Shown here one piece after another: positions 1-14,479 of a stretch of 64,000 bases of DNA. The stretch is from Octopus sinensis (lineage: Eukaryota), in assembly GCF_006345805.1 (NCBI RefSeq), contig NC_043005.1, forward strand, positions 69,316,001 to 69,380,000, read 5' to 3'. A program made the position numbers and the translations under genes. How positions within the stretch are numbered: the stretch's first letter is position 1; every line of letters starts with the position of its first letter. A model generated the notes under the pieces. The model did not search any database, was not told the origin of the DNA, and saw only the letters and a program-made list of their open reading frames with translations.

Positions 1-1457
1 ACCAAGGTAATTTACAGTAAAAGGGAGGTAAATCTGTGTTTTCTTTTTTTTTCTTTATCTTGGTCTATATTTTATTCTTACAATAGTCGTGATAAATCTT
101 TAATTTTCAATATGAGTTCTTCGTTGTGCTCCATTATAAATTGTATATTGGTGTTAATGCTATTCAGGAGTCTTTTGAATTCCAGGAATTTATCTATTTT
201 GTCATTCCAGAGGATGAATCAGACGTCCAAATATCTCTAATTTTTTTTAATGCATTGAGAGTCTGGGTTCAAAAATTTGGAAAATGACTCCTAACATATT
301 GTTATTTCTAAATGGCAGATTGTTAGGTTGGCAAGGTTCGAAGCCGCCCTCGTTCCCATGGCAATTCCGGATTTTTGGCGATAAACATTGATGTCGAACA
401 TGAGGTGGTTGTTTTGAAGAGTGGATCTTAATGATTCGATTATGAAATCTGTGTTGATCCGTTATTGTATCTCTTCTGGATATTTGTCCAGCCAGAATCG
501 GATTGCTTCTATCCCATAATTATGGGGTATATTACTGTATAGGTTTATCCCATCAGATGTAACCATAACTTTCCTCCTTGACCTTTTCTGGTAGGTGATT
601 TAACATATCTAAATCATCTCTAATATAACTTTTGATGTATTGTCGAAAAAGGTTTTAGGAGGATGTTCATGAGGCAACTTAATGGAGGCTTTTAGGGCTG
701 CTGGTTCTGGGGTCTGTATGCATGATTTTTTTACGATGTTTTTGATGATTTTTTGATGGCTTAGTTTATAGTTTCGCTTTGGTGAATTTTCGGTAGACCT
801 TAGAATAGGGTGGGCTTCATTTAAAGTTTGTTAATTCATTTATTTCTTTTTCGTTAGGTCTTCTGCGTTATGTTTTGATTAGTGAAAAGAGGCTTTTCAT
901 TATTTTTTGGTGGGTGTAATCATTGATTCGTAGTGTTCGTCATTATTTAGTATGGATATTACAAGATTTTTGTGGTAAAATGTGTTCATTACCACAACCG
1001 AACTCCCATTATCTGCTTCTTTGATTGTTATTATTTTTTCATTCTTTCGTAATTCAGCTAGTTCTTTCTGTCGGACAGTGATGGAATTTGAAATGAATTT
1101 TTGATTGTGCAAAACTTACTTTTCTGCATAATTCTGAAACACTGTCCTTGATTTCATTTTGTTAACTCTGCATGGTGCTGGGAGTCAATTTTAGTCCGTT
1201 AGATAGGATGATGATTTTTGTGGTTGATAGGGATTTATATGACAGGTTGATTACCTTCGGTGTTTCTTGTGCATCAACATCCAATCTGTTACCGTTTTCT
1301 GTGGTCTGTGGCTAAAATGTTGGTATACACTGTCCGTGAAAATGTAGAGATTTGGGTTGAATATATGCTGATGTTGTTGTCGTAGATGGGCGCCTCGGGG
1401 TTTATCTGTTGGCATTGCGAGTGTTCCAACCTGTGCTCCGTTTCTTCTGGTCTGGGG
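1..1457 (-). mobile_element. Decayed Penelope-like retroelement: N-terminal region and RT, with stops and frameshifts; runs off the window start
   Basis: Minus-strand translations give PLE motifs: KVINLSYKSLSTTKIIILSNGLKLTP (~1170-1260), KIITIKEADNGSSVVVMN (ORF 900-1112; cf. IIIKPADKG..VV), VTSDGINLYSNIPH (~520-565), YRQKSGIAMGT (~345-385) and *RYLDV*FILW (~205-240; decayed RYxDD). Confidence 0.9.
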
Positions 1458-2229
1458 CTAGTAAAACTTTGTTGTTGTATTGGTATGAATTGTCTGGATA
1501 TATGTATATATGTACATATATATATATATATAATTAATTAAAGAGGAATGGAAAAACACATTACGAAGGTCATATCCATGGCCAAACATGTAATAAAATA
1601 TTACAAAACAAATGGCGTTTATCATTATGGATAAATCAAAATTATAACGGATGAGAAGAATGGAACTTGGAACAGTTATATTGTTTATATCCATTATTTA
1701 TACGATGCGGTATATAATATGGTATAATATGTTTGTAACTTCGAAATTGCGATAGAGAATAAACCTTTTCTTTTTACATTGAGGATTTCGTATGTCATAT
1801 CGCCCGCAGACAGATTAATTTTGACGAGATAATATATACATGATAATAGCGGCTTTATAGTGTTTTTTTAAGGATATTCCTATACAAACACACAGACGCA
1901 TGCACGCACTCATGCATACACACACGCACACGCATATATGTATGTATATATATATATATATATGTGTGTAAACATGCATATGCAAGCTCATATGCGTGTG
2001 TATATTTCTAACGAATAAAATTATATCTTTATATATTTTTCTTTCTTGATAAAAATATAGAGTGCCTTTAAAGAATACTGTGTTATAAATGTGATACACA
2101 TATAAAACTGGATTGGAATTTTAAAAACGTGACAAAATATCGAGGCTTATCTTAACCATGCTATTAGTAGTAATGAAAGAAAAAGAAATTATGTAATTAT
2201 TTTAGCGACTATTTCCTGACAAAATTCTG

Positions 2230-3505
2230 CAACTTTCATAACATAGTCTAAGGTTTATTCAGCCTCAGACTGTTATAGCTGTCAACTGTACATATTCACC
2301 ATCCACTGATATCCAACAGGAGAGGGACATAATTGCCGTTTGGTGTCAGGAAATCCTGCTATCCTGTGAGTAGATCAATTATCCATTATGAAATCATTCC
2401 TGTCGTTACGGGCAAAAGACCCTACCAGTTGAAGTCTTACAGCATGTAGAGCGTTGAAGGTCTTCCTATTCAATAAATGTTTTAGATACGTATTTAAAAT
2501 GGAAACCTGCAAGCCGATGTTTTGGCGAGTATGGTGGGTGTGGCAAAACTTTCCAGCCAAGCCTCAGTAACTTTTGCAGCATTTACCAAAAATTGTGCGG
2601 TCTAGCAATGAAATTAAATGCCCTTTCGATTACCCGGCTGAGCTCCAGTAACTTCTGTTGCATATGCAAATGAATTTCCCATCTAGCATTGTTGTGATGA
2701 AATAAATATCCTTTTGATTTGCAAGTAGGATACTCTTTTAATGGATTGCTTCGTTTAATATTGACACTTCCGAATTGGTGTTCCGATCCATGACAGAAAG
2801 CTTGTAAAAAGCAAAAATTCTTTCCATCCCACGAAATTGAAAGCTAAACTTCTTCGTGTAAAGTTCTATTTTATAGGTTGTTTATGGTGATTTGCTGCAC
2901 TTCTTTCATGATTGTTCTCACATCAAATCATTATAGAGGATCTATTTTACGTCCATTGTCACCAATCTCTTTAAAAAAGAATTGTTTCTTCATATTTCTG
3001 CAACGAATCGTAGATGGAAATCTGTTGGGTCATATTAGCCTCATCCAGTTGATGACTCAAACGTCTAACCTGCTAACAGAACAGATTCCATGCAGTTGCT
3101 TTTCAATCATCATTGTGAAATAAAAGAATAAATTGGTGTCACTGTTAATTTCGTTTATTCGAACAGAGTTAGGGCATCTTCGACGGAAACCACTTCTGGT
3201 AAACTTGTTCCATAAAAGCGTCCTCTCCGTTCACAAAGCATATTTTCTTAAAGGGTTCGCCTGTCTTATTTGCGTTGACTTAAAAAATAATTTAAAGTAT
3301 TAAATTCCGATAATGCTATATTTAGCGCTAAATCTTCAGAGTGACACCAAGCATGCAGAACATGATGTTTTGCCACAAGTACGCGACGAATACTGTTGAA
3401 ATGTTAAGCATCTAACGAGTCATGTGCAAGTGACAGCAGTTGGTTATATTTTAGAGCTTGAATTTTAGTGTCGACAAAAACCGAACGGGCTTTTGGTCAA
3501 CATAA
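2230..3505 (-). mobile_element. Decayed mariner (Tc1/mariner, Mos1-like) DNA transposon, ~1.3 kb
   Basis: Minus-strand fragments: HQLDEANMTQQISIYDSL (WVPHEL region), FLKRLVTMDVK*ILYND (cf. FLxRIVTGDEKW), HHNNAR (HHDNARPH), QKLLRLGWKVLPHPPYSP and NRKTFN. Mariner-like TIR attatgttgaccaaaagcccgttcggttttt at ~3473-3503. The other TIR is not clearly recoverable, so the low coordinate is approximate. Confidence 0.85.
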
Positions 3506-3938
3506 TGCGCAGTTCTACGAAAATCAGTCCCGATATGCGTGATAGTATGTCACTTCCTAGTGAAGTAAATTCAAATCACGTTCGAAGAAAACATTGGTTT
3601 GTAAACTGGAAGCACAATATAATATTCAAACTAAAAGAAAAAAGCAAATAGAATAAACATGCGCTTCCAAACGCCTTATTTCGTTGTTTTTAATTTCAGT
3701 TGTATTATAATTAAGACATATCTTAGGAAAAAGAGTCTTATTTTGTGTTTATATAAAATAAATCATTTGCAATTTTCAAATATACACAGATAACACTTCA
3801 GCCATGAAAAGTGTGATAGCCCTGTGCGCATAAGCCTTTGTACAGAATTGTTGCTGACATATACACATACATAATACAAACACAAAAGCACACACCCGCA
3901 CACCCGCACACCCGCAGCAACAATCATATAATGAAACA

Positions 3939-3972
<34 letters not shown>

Positions 3973-4249
3973 TTATACCCATACATATAAGGGTGTGCGC
4001 GCGTGTGCCTTTGTAAGACACACTAATATTTTTAGAAGTCAGTGCTACGTAAATTTTAACGAAACAAATGACGTTTGGAAGACTTAAGCAGAATATTACT
4101 GTGAATTATATTCAAGGTTTATTATTTCGATGAATACCCATCTATATTTTTGCTGTATACGTCATATTTTCTAAACACATTAACCTTTTGTGTGAACCTT
4201 TGGAAGTGAAAGAACTTTTGGTTAAATTTTAGCTATATATGCAGTATAT

Positions 4250-5200
4250 CCGATGTTGTATGTAAAAATAAAAACGGTAAAATACAATTGGAGGAACATT
4301 CACGATCAAAAACATGCAATATGCGAATGCAAGAACCCACTAATACAGACAGCATGCTAACAACTAATACATCCACATAACTGATGATAACTTATGTCCA
4401 ACGAATTTAATCACCGAAGTAAAATGTAACTGCATTCACAGTAAGACTTAAAGAAATTGGACTCTAAGTTATCCTGTGAAACTTGAAAGATATAGAAGTT
4501 ACAAAAATATAAAATTGAAAATAAATGAAGGGAAATGCCTAGAATTAATGAAGCATTCCATATCGATATTCCATAGTTACATCAAATGAACAATCATACA
4601 CGCATGTAAAACGAAGAGGGTTCCGACTTTAAAACATATGTGAAGTAGAGAAATGCGCTGTGATAAAGTAAATTGGTAAGCTGCAAGGATGAATAGGTTC
4701 AAACGTAACCGAGTAATACATTTACATATATCACATGCACAAATTCGTTTCATGAATCTGTTTTAACAAGCAACTAACTTCCAAGAAGAACATGGCTATA
4801 GAACTTGCGGCAAGAAAGATAAATTCAATCATTAACGTCAGGATGTGTTTGAAGTCCCTACAAAGAAGAAAAACATTCATAAAAAGCTCCCAATTATTCA
4901 AATGTCAGAGACACTGTGACATTTGATTCTGGGTGAAGGAGATGATATAAAGAATATAACGAGGATTTTCACATCAAGATTCTCAAGCGAATACAGAGTC
5001 AACTGTATGTCTCAAAAGGAAGTTAACAACCCTAACCCTCGCTTTTCTAGAATTGGAAGTCAGATATCACACATCTAGCAGAAAGATGGGCATTTTATTG
5101 TCGAGAAGATAAGCAAAAATAGCAGAAATACGCTATCCTTCAAAGGAGCACGGGCCACATATTTTTGATGAGAATGCGAATACGTTACAAGAAGTGTGAT
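4250..5200 (+). mobile_element. Possible very old non-LTR RT remnant
   Basis: Only weak motifs: DNLCP (cf. QGDxLxP) and NIKLKINEGKC (cf. DIGMxFxxxKC). Confidence 0.3.
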
Positions 5201-5386
5201 ATAGAAATTGTAAGTCGTTTGCTCTACCAAACTTTCCAAAAATCATTCTCCGAAAGTTTAGAGCAGAAGTAGGACAAAGAGAATAACTTAATGAATGAGT
5301 ACATTATGTATTGCCTAAAGTGCTGATGCACGGAATTAAGTTCACTCATTTCCTCATTTCCCCTCTCCCTCTCTATCTGCATATGC

Positions 5387-5443
<57 letters not shown>

Positions 5444-5494
5444 TGTGTGTGTGTACATATATACAAATGTATATATATACATATATGTGGGTGT

Positions 5495-5775
5495 GTATCA
5501 TGCCTAAGGTATTTTTCGAATCTTCGGGAAAGAAGGCTGCGCTCTAAACCACTGCGCCATATGCCCATGTGCAATTAATACCGCTCCCATTATGCTACTC
5601 ATATCTGCACTCGGTCTTGTTAGGAGGTTATTATGTCCTAGCATATTTGCTGCTTCTTTTAGTTTTCATATTTTCTCTGTCTATTATCTAAATTTTATCC
5701 TACAGGGAGAGGTGGCGTCCATTTTCCCATACATGATCAGCTATACCCGTTTATATCAATATCTCCTCGTGTCAG
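5495..5775 (-). mobile_element. PLE GIY-YIG C-terminal fragment followed directly by a tRNA-like head (family H1)
   Basis: Minus strand reads GIADHVWENGRHLSL..IIDRE..KLKEAANMLGHNNLLTRPSADMSSI, then attgcacatgggcatatggcgcagtggtttagagcgc (A-box region). Homologous to 19930-20410. Confidence 0.8.
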
Positions 5776-5789
5776 AGCTAAGAACAAAT

Positions 5790-5840
5790 ATCCTTCAATT
5801 ATTGTGCATAATTCCTCATCGCTCAAATATAGAACTGTAT
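5790..5840 (+). repeat. Extreme 3' tail of family H1, inverted relative to the adjacent PLE fragment
   Basis: gcataattcctcatcgctcaaatatagaactgta matches the H1 tail at ~17473-17507 (acataatccctcatctcttaaatatagaacagta). Confidence 0.7.
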
Positions 5841-6131
5841 TATCTCTACTTCGGTAATAGGTATATTCAGATCCCCACGTTGGTTATGGGTAGTGAGTGG
5901 AGTGCTAGGATTAGAGTTGGTGTGGAGGGGATCCGCATTGAGAAAAATGGACGGGAGATGGGGTTTAGAATGTATCATACTTACGTGATTAGAGTTACGT
6001 ATCTTCTAGTTACTTAGCTTCTAATTGTTAAGTCATTGAATTCTACTGCCCGCAATGTTCATTGTATTGTAGTAGGATTATTTAATGTATTGAAGGTTCA
6101 AGATTTTACTATGGGTAATAGGACTTGAGAA

Positions 6132-6202
<71 letters not shown>

Positions 6203-6786
6203 ATGTGTGTGCGTGTGTGTGTGTGTATGTGTGTGCGTGTGTGTGTGTGTGTATATACAGTTGCAGAAGAAAGAAATGTTTATGAATAGCATATAAAGAA
6301 ATGGAGGTAAAGGGATAAATGTTTTGACAAAGTACAAGTTCTTTTACGGAGAGAAAAAATTGAGACTCAATAAAAAAGAACTGAAAATATTTGAACCGCT
6401 GCAATCCACAAAAACAATTGTGTTTCTATCGTCCAACATTAATGATAGCCCCATATGACAGGATTGTGCAGTGTTCAGATCTCCTCCACGCTATATAGAA
6501 TTCTGAAAATTAGTATCAGTATTTAATCGAAAGTCTTATTGCTTTTCTTGAAACATTTATATCAGGTCTATGGAAGGTGAATATGAACAGGATGGGGACG
6601 ATTTTGTTATTTATGGTTGTATGTAATCAATAACATTATATTTACTAATGCATTACAAAGCGTTTGTCAAAGCGTTTCGCTTAAATTTTTATCACCATGA
6701 AATAGAAAAGAAGAAACATAAATGCTCTTCAGGAAGGAGAATAACAATAGCAGTTCATGGGGATACGAAAACAATAATAATAAGGG

Positions 6787-7185
6787 GTGGATGTGTGATA
6801 AGTAGCTTGCTTACCAACCACATGGTTTCGGGTTCAGTCCCACTGCGTGACATCTTTAGCAATTGTCTTATACTATAGCCACGGGCCGACCAAAGCCTTG
6901 TGAGTGGATTTGGTATACAGAAACTGAAAGAAACCCGTCGTGTATATGTGTATGCATATGTGTGTGTGTGTATATGGCTGTGTTTGCCCCCCCCCCCAAC
7001 ATCGCTTGACAACCGATGCTGGTATGTTTACATCCCCGTTACTTAGCGGTTCAGGAAAGAGACCGTTAGAATAAGTACTCGGCTAAAGAATAAGTCCTTG
7101 GGTTGATTTTCTAGACTAAAAGTGGTGCTCCAGCATGGATGCAGTCAAATGACTGAAAGAAGTAAACGAGTAAAAGAGTAAAGAG
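6787..7185 (+). mobile_element. tRNA-derived SINE, family S1 (near full length)
   Basis: Head with B-box-like ggttcagtccc, body gaccaaagccttgtgagtggatttggta..aaactgaaagaaacccgtcg and an internal (TG)n. Homologous to 52098-52447 and to partial copies near 16985, 17600 and 43640. Confidence 0.85.
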
Positions 7186-7997
7186 AGTAATAATGATAAC
7201 GAATATTGAAATGATGCTAATTCTGATGAATACTGGTATGTTTATGAGGATGATGAAAACTTATTCCTTAATCGATATTTAATTCAGCAAATGAACAAAT
7301 CCTCTCATTATATGAAACTAACACACACATACACACACATATACACACACATACACACACACTCATGCGCGCACGCCTATACGAGTCCTTACAGCATAGT
7401 ATTCTGATACTTGCATACGTACATTGTGGCATAAATATGCAAGGAAATATACTAAAAATCACAAAGGAGACTAACAATGAAAAATATGTTTTATCTATAC
7501 TGTTGATAACTTGTTTAACTTTATCACATATTGAACATATAAAAGTTTTATTGAAATATGCCTATTTTAACGAAATATTAGCAGGAAGAACTAGTAATTT
7601 AGATTTTCTTTCAGTTATGTACATTTACAATATGAAACAATCTTCAAACATCAACAGCAAAAATCTGTAAGTAATATTTTACGCGTGACTTTGGGTTCTA
7701 GGTGAAAGTGTAAGAAATGGATCTAAAACATTGCTATTTCGAAAAGATACTTCTCTCTGATTTAAATAGAAAACTAGGGAGACACATACTTTTTTTGCTG
7801 GCGGCAAAGTCAGTAGTATGTAATTGACGAGTGCTTTATTAATTTCGTGTTTTGAAATGAAATCTTCCATAACTAAAATAAAATATGAAACAAACATTAA
7901 AACCAAAATGGAATTGCTTTGCGACAAGTACATTAACGATATGGCCTAGAGCACTAATAGCAATAAACGAACAACATAAGCGATGTCTACGCTCCTA

Positions 7998-8001
7998 AAT
8001 A

Positions 8002-8080
<79 letters not shown>

Positions 8081-8085
8081 TCTTC
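7998..8085. repeat. (CTA)n microsatellite
   Basis: Long ctactacta run. Confidence 0.95.
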
Positions 8086-8454
8086 TGCTGCTGAGGTCCA
8101 TGATGTTTCCATCACTACAACAAATACTTCAACAATAGCAAGAATTTCTCTAATGCGTAAACTTTAGAAATGGATAATATCAAAAGATCATGCAGTTGAC
8201 AAAAATGCATAAACAGTAAAAAGCTTAAAATATTCTAAGAGAATAGTCTCTTAGAAAAATGAAGTCCGTTTGCAATAACATCGTCAAAGATATGGCCAGG
8301 AGTAGTAATAGCAATTAGACCACTATATTACCAAAATCATATAATACTTCAGTTGATACTATTACTACTACTTCTACCACACCACTGTCACCGACATCAC
8401 CACCGTCGGCACCATCACCACCACTATCGCTACCACCACCACCACCAACAACAA

Positions 8455-8640
8455 CAGCCGTTCAAGAATTTGGAGCCTGAGATCTCCATTTCCAGCGACT
8501 TCGAGGGCCAACTCCCAGTGGTGTCGGGCGTCAACGAAGAGCCCTCGATTACAAGACGACCAAAGTTTTTTTTCAAAGGTCTGGGGTCTCCCGCCCCTAT
8601 GCCCTAGACCATCACCTAATCACACTTACCCGTTTTGTTG
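8455..8640. mobile_element. GC-richer island between (CAC)/(CTA) microsatellites, possibly a LINE endonuclease fragment
   Basis: One + frame ends ..ALDYKTTKVFFQRSGVSRPYALDHHLITLT, loosely like the APE C-terminal xDH motif. Weak. Confidence 0.25.
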
Positions 8641-9840
8641 CTTAAGAACAAAAACAACCACCACAAACAACAACACCCCCACTACTACTACTACTACTAC
8701 TACTACCAACCAGCTTCGTAGCAGGAAGCTGAGTAACCACACTACAACATGGCCATCGATCTCAAATCACCTCAAAATCATATTTAGACAATGCAATATC
8801 ATCCTTACAATTACACAATTTGTATTTCGAATCGCCGTGTTTGCTACCAATTTTAGATATGTGCCACCTTATAAAAAATCGTATTATATATATATGTATA
8901 TATATATATATATATATATACATGCATATAAAAGATACGAGGAGTTCTCGTCAGGGCGACTCAAAATAATAGGTGTGCGTTGAGTGCTCAAAATTACTAT
9001 GCATTATTATTATATAGCAAAATTTTTATTATTATATAGCCTTGCCAAAATGTTTGTTTTTTGCTTTCTGTTGTGATATATGCAAGAACCTGGAAGATTA
9101 AAGTATCCTATTCTTCACTTAGTTTTATATGTTTACACTTTTATCGCCTTCAAATTCGGCTGCTTGCATGCCTTGATCGTACCCGTTCAATCATTATCTA
9201 TCATTCACACCTATAGTGGGTGCTAGACGCAAAAGCCGAACTGACAAAAGCTCATTTGGCTTTTTTCATCAACTTCTCTTCTAGTAAAGAACGAATGCTG
9301 GACCTTGCGCATTATTGTGGCAGCAACTACAATTCTAGCAACCGTTTCAGCTTCCTCTGTTCAATCACTCGTAAATACGAGCCTGAGATACTGTGATGTT
9401 CCACTAACATGCAGTGTGCACCGGGTAGACGTTCTTGAGAAGAACAATATTTCAGTATAATCTGCATTAACCCTCATCCCTGCCTATGTGTGTGTACCTG
9501 TGCACGTACACATGTATGTGAATCTATATGTGTAAGCGCATTTGTGTGTTTCTGTTTGTAAATATAATTAAAGCAAACATGGGATGTGTAGTTAGATGTA
9601 TTATTTCGGTGCGGTTCTCGTCGTTCCAAATCAGATATTTTACAAAAAAAGAAAAAAAAAAACGTATATTTGTTAATGTCATTTAAAGAATAACATAAAT
9701 TTTTTAATCGTCATTCAGCGTAAAACATGTTCATCATTTTGCATATCATGAAATATTTATGTATAAACGAATTTAAACATAATGGAGATCATAATAATTA
9801 ATATTATTAAACACAAACGAAAACATCATCTGTTGCTCGA

Positions 9841-9930
9841 CAAAGTCGGCATAGGCGGAATTTGAACACAGAACGTATAGACGGACGAAATGCCGCTAAG
9901 CATTAAGCCAGGTATGCTAAAGATTTTTCC
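9841..9930 (-). mobile_element. SINE family S2 head fragment
   Basis: Reverse complement matches the S2 head ..cttagcggcatttcgtc..acgttctgtgttcaaattccgcc..; homologous to 22815-23222. Confidence 0.75.
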
Positions 9931-12008
9931 ACCTATTTATCACACCCATTAATATGGTATCATCATCTCATAATCCCATGGCCACTTTTAAAATTGAAGC
10001 TTCATATTTCACACATATATTTCAGGTATCTTAACTTCTTTCAATTTCCGTTTAGAAACGTGAACGACTCAAAAGCATGTGATTCATTTCACTAATTTTC
10101 CTGCTTCAGTCTTACACTCTTAACAAATGCAATTAAAAAAGACAGATGACACTTCATTCTTGTGAATATCAATCACGTTGTTTAGATATTACGCAAGCAG
10201 AGAAACATCCGCAGTGAAATATTTCGTTTCGCACGCAGATGAATGTAGTTTTAGAACGCCTTTGAAAATGATACACAAGCACATGCACACAAATATCTAC
10301 AGGCATACACGCATAGAATCATGCATGCAAATATACAGACATATACACGCACACACACAGATGCATACTCAAAAACAGGCATACATATATATAGACGCCT
10401 ATATATTTATATATTGATAGTGAAATAAACTGCAGCGTGTGATTCAAGTACCCATCATAGTCTTGATTGTGAGAATATATGATCATAACAGAATGATCAC
10501 TAATTTACGCTCATTTCCCAAGATAATGCTTATATCTTAAACATTCATAATAGAAGGACTAATGTAGTAATAAACTATATAATAGAAGTTTAGTGAAGAC
10601 TGAAGAATAATACGTAGTATGTCACATGAAAATATTTCGTTATAAACATTTTATAACACAATGTATATTGAACTTCAAAATATGTATAATGTATTTTAAA
10701 ACGCACTGACACATATCTTGTTTGCTAATTGTTTTATCAAAATATAGGGATTATCCTTAAGGAATTTGACAGCTTCCGTTTCTACGAAATCCAGTCATTG
10801 CGGAATATAAGTGACTGAGTAGTAATTATAGTAAATCACTGATTAGTATTTGCCTGAGCTAAATAGAGAAGCTTGCAGTAATAGAAAATTTGAAGATAAA
10901 AATATTACGATTTCTAACTATGGGTTTTAGAATGTATTGAGTATTTTCGAGCGTATAACATGCAATAAATTAACTGACACTTGTCTCTTGCATTTCTGAA
11001 TGAACAAGAAATAGCGATACTGTTTTTGGTTATCGCACGTTTTCTGTAGGTCTGTCAGAGACACACACAAAAAGCAGAACCTATTCCTGTACATCGAATC
11101 TTGTTGTCTGTTAGGGCCTTATTAGAAGGTTTGTTTGTAGTGTATACGCACCACTAAAGATATAACTGATGGAATCTTCCATTTTCTATTTACTTTCGTG
11201 TTCCGCATTCTTTCACATTAGCTCGCGCAATACCTATTCTGTACAAGAATGATGAACCAACTACAATATTTTATGAGACACAAATATGTAAACTCGGATA
11301 TCATTAACATTTTGTTTCAACCACACGGCTATCTACAATCTTCAACTAGTTTATATTTCTTTCACGAAGTGTTCGCCGCTTCGACTGGATAAAAAATTGG
11401 ACAACAATTAATCCAGTGGAATGGTAAAGCATTATGTGATTCAAGCACGAGTCTAAAACATGTTCGTGTATTTAATGTGGTTAAAAACATGTTGCTGCTA
11501 TATATCATTTTATGTAAATTTTCTCTTATTTGAATGCAGCAATTTATAATTGATATTCTATAATATAATGCAATGGCAACCGTTTGGAAGACTAGTGTTA
11601 AAAGAGGTTTCTCGTCCCTCCACAGTATTGCGACAAATATTGTAATCAATAACTTTTGAATGAAGTTGTTTACACATTGTAATCAATATTACTTTGTTGC
11701 TCTTCTTTTTGGTGTTAATACTACTAACAGATCCCCATTAACAGCAGAAAATTCTATTTAGTTTTCTGCTAAAATTCGTCGCCAATAACAAAGAGGAAGT
11801 TCGACAAAATACTAGTTCGTGCTTTCTGAAAAACATAACAGAGGAATGTCAAAGAGATATAGAATTCACAAAAGCTTAAATCTAAAAAATATTCTCGAGT
11901 CTAAAAGCATCATATTTTACATTACAGTAATGAAATCACATTATTATATACTTATATGCAAGCGTACAAAGTACATACACGCAAACAGGCGTATGTATAC
12001 ATGTATAT

Positions 12009-12059
<51 letters not shown>

Positions 12060-12962
12060 CTGTATGTGTGTCAGTGTGTGTACCTATATATATATATATA
12101 TATATATGTAAAAATTGTATATATACATACATATATAACTATGTATGTTAGTGTATGCATGATAAATATTTGTTATTCTGACATAAAATAGATTAGCTGT
12201 TCGTTTTAAGTTAATTATCAAGGAAATTTGTAGGAATTGATTGATTTGAAAATGAGCAGGTCTGACGATTAAAATATAGAGCTGAAAGAATCCAATTAGA
12301 AAGGAGGTTAAATCTAAAATTAATAAAAAAGAAAAAACATGTATATGAAAACAAGGATTGTAATTTTTTTTCAGTTTGTTTACAATATTTGACTTCTCGA
12401 CTTCAGAACACTGTATTAATATCATTACAGAGCCCCATATATATTCCACTCAACAAAGAAACTCAGGGTTCATATGACCAAAAATAACCAATAAAAACCA
12501 TCACAGTGTTAAACAATGTTAAGCTAGACATTATGGCTACATGTTAAAATGTTTACATTGTGAAGGTATAATGAAGAGAAGAGAAGAACATTTCAAATAT
12601 AAAACTTCTGTGATCCTGGACATTCGATTTTATGTTGCTCTACTTTTTTTGTGGGCGTTGTAGTTAAAAAGTTCAACAGAAAATCAAAGTCTATTTCAAA
12701 GCACAAAATACAATACACTAGAACTGTATGAATGCGCGTGTAATCTCGGCATTAAATCAAAGATCTCACAGAAAAGGCTATTAAACAATAAAGAAAAAAA
12801 TATTTCACTCCACATACGCATTACAGAAATGTATACACATATATAGTAGTAAGTATGTGTATATACATATACATATACATACAAACATACACACACACAT
12901 ATATATATATAATATATATATAATATATATATAATATATATATATATATAATATATATATAC

Positions 12963-12994
<32 letters not shown>

Positions 12995-13619
12995 TATATA
13001 TATATATATATATACATACATATATATATATGTGTGTGTGTATAGATGTCTCTGTGTGTGTATGTGTGGGTACCTATATATACCCATATGTATAAATGTA
13101 AGAATTGTATATATACATACACATACATATAGACACATATATAAATATATGTGTGTGTGCGTGTGTAATGTTCATATATACATACGTGTATGAATACATT
13201 CAAAGACGCTCACATACTTACACACACTCACGCATAAGCACACACACATATAAGTAAAGCAACATGGACAGACAATCATATATATCATAATATGTCATTT
13301 ATGTGAAGTATATTATTGTTAACGTTTGTTAGTAGTAATTCTGCAAGAAAAATGTCTCAATGCACATGTTAACAACTGAAGAATATTTCTGGAGTTATAA
13401 TATGCACTTTATTTATAATTTACCAGTTATTTCGGCGTCTCTCTCTAATGATGTATACGTTTCCCAATAGAAAAGAAAATTCAATCAACGTTTGATGGTA
13501 TGATAGTGTGCACTTGAATATTACTTCGAGTTGTATCTCTAACGCTAGACAACATTTCAATATATTATAGAAGAGAAATTTTAGAGGGAAAATGATAGAT
13601 GATTTGATAGGAATATGCA

Positions 13620-13622
13620 TTC

Positions 13623-13653
<31 letters not shown>

Positions 13654-13725
13654 TGTATGTATGTATGTATGTATGTATGTATGTATGCATGCATGTATGT
13701 ATGTACGTACGTATGTATGTATGTA
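13620..13725. repeat. (TATG)n microsatellite
   Basis: Long tatgtatg run. Confidence 0.95.
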
Positions 13726-13787
13726 AACATATATTGTATATGCTTTCGAGTGCTACTGGTAACATGTAACACAATATAACTTGTTTC

Positions 13788-14180
13788 ATGGTCGGGTCGT
13801 CGGCGACTAAACCGGCAACACCACCAAGCTTGCTTGGTGAGGAGGATGCTTATTGGACACCCTGCGGGATGAAATCCGAAACCCGTCAAAGGGTCAACGG
13901 CTATTCAATAAATGTCTTAAGGCTGTATCATCGCGGGGACGGAGAAATAATCAGACCGAATACCCGATCGCGCGGTTAAACTCATTGGGAATGAAGGACT
14001 CCTAGCCTTTGTTAGGGCATCCTTCTAGTAGAAGGTAACTCAGGTAACTGGGATAACACCGAGATAAAACCTGCGGCTCAGTGGTTACCGATGGTGTTGA
14101 CTTGTACTTCTTTTCGGATTATGGCTGGTGTTGCTTAGTGAGTGAGATTGACTCAGTGCACAGCCTTTCGTCACTTAAAA
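13788..14180 (+). mobile_element. Isolated GC-richer segment resembling the 5' UTR of an RTE-type LINE
   Basis: Contains ggcatccttctagtagaaggtaactc, similar to the ..ctaggagaaggaaaactc.. hairpin motif I recall from RTE 5' UTRs. No ORF follows. Confidence 0.4.
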
Positions 14181-14265
14181 AAGATCTTTTTGCACAGGCA
14201 TTGCACGATAACAACTTTGATTAAGCTTCGAGCAATGGCCATACTCGATAACGAGGGAGCAGCCA

Positions 14266-14308
<43 letters not shown>

Positions 14309-14479
14309 TGTGTTGTGTGTATATATATATATGTATATGTATATATGTGTGTGAGTATATATGCATATACATTTATATAGATACACACACAACAAACACA
14401 TGGACACACACTCACACGCGCACACACATACATACACACATACAAACACATGTAAAAAAAGGATAAAACTTCCTTCCCG

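Noticed and set aside
1700-1830. Hammerhead in the presumed pseudo-LTR upstream of the first PLE
   Set aside because: Only GAAA and a short stem are visible; the CUGANGA core is absent.
5224-5578. Many ORFs with [14 protein letters not shown], poly-I/L/Y runs across the window
   Set aside because: Translations of (TA)n, (TG)n, (TATC)n and (AAT)n microsatellites.
9225-9470. Possible host exon in a GC-richer unique patch
   Set aside because: The frames I translated hit stops within ~60 codons, with no recognisable domain and no convincing splice pair.
13790-13969. HDV-like ribozyme in the RTE-type 5' UTR (GGUCGGG / CCCGAUC 7-bp pairing)
   Set aside because: I could not build P2, P3 or P1.1 around it; a single 7-bp match is expected by chance.
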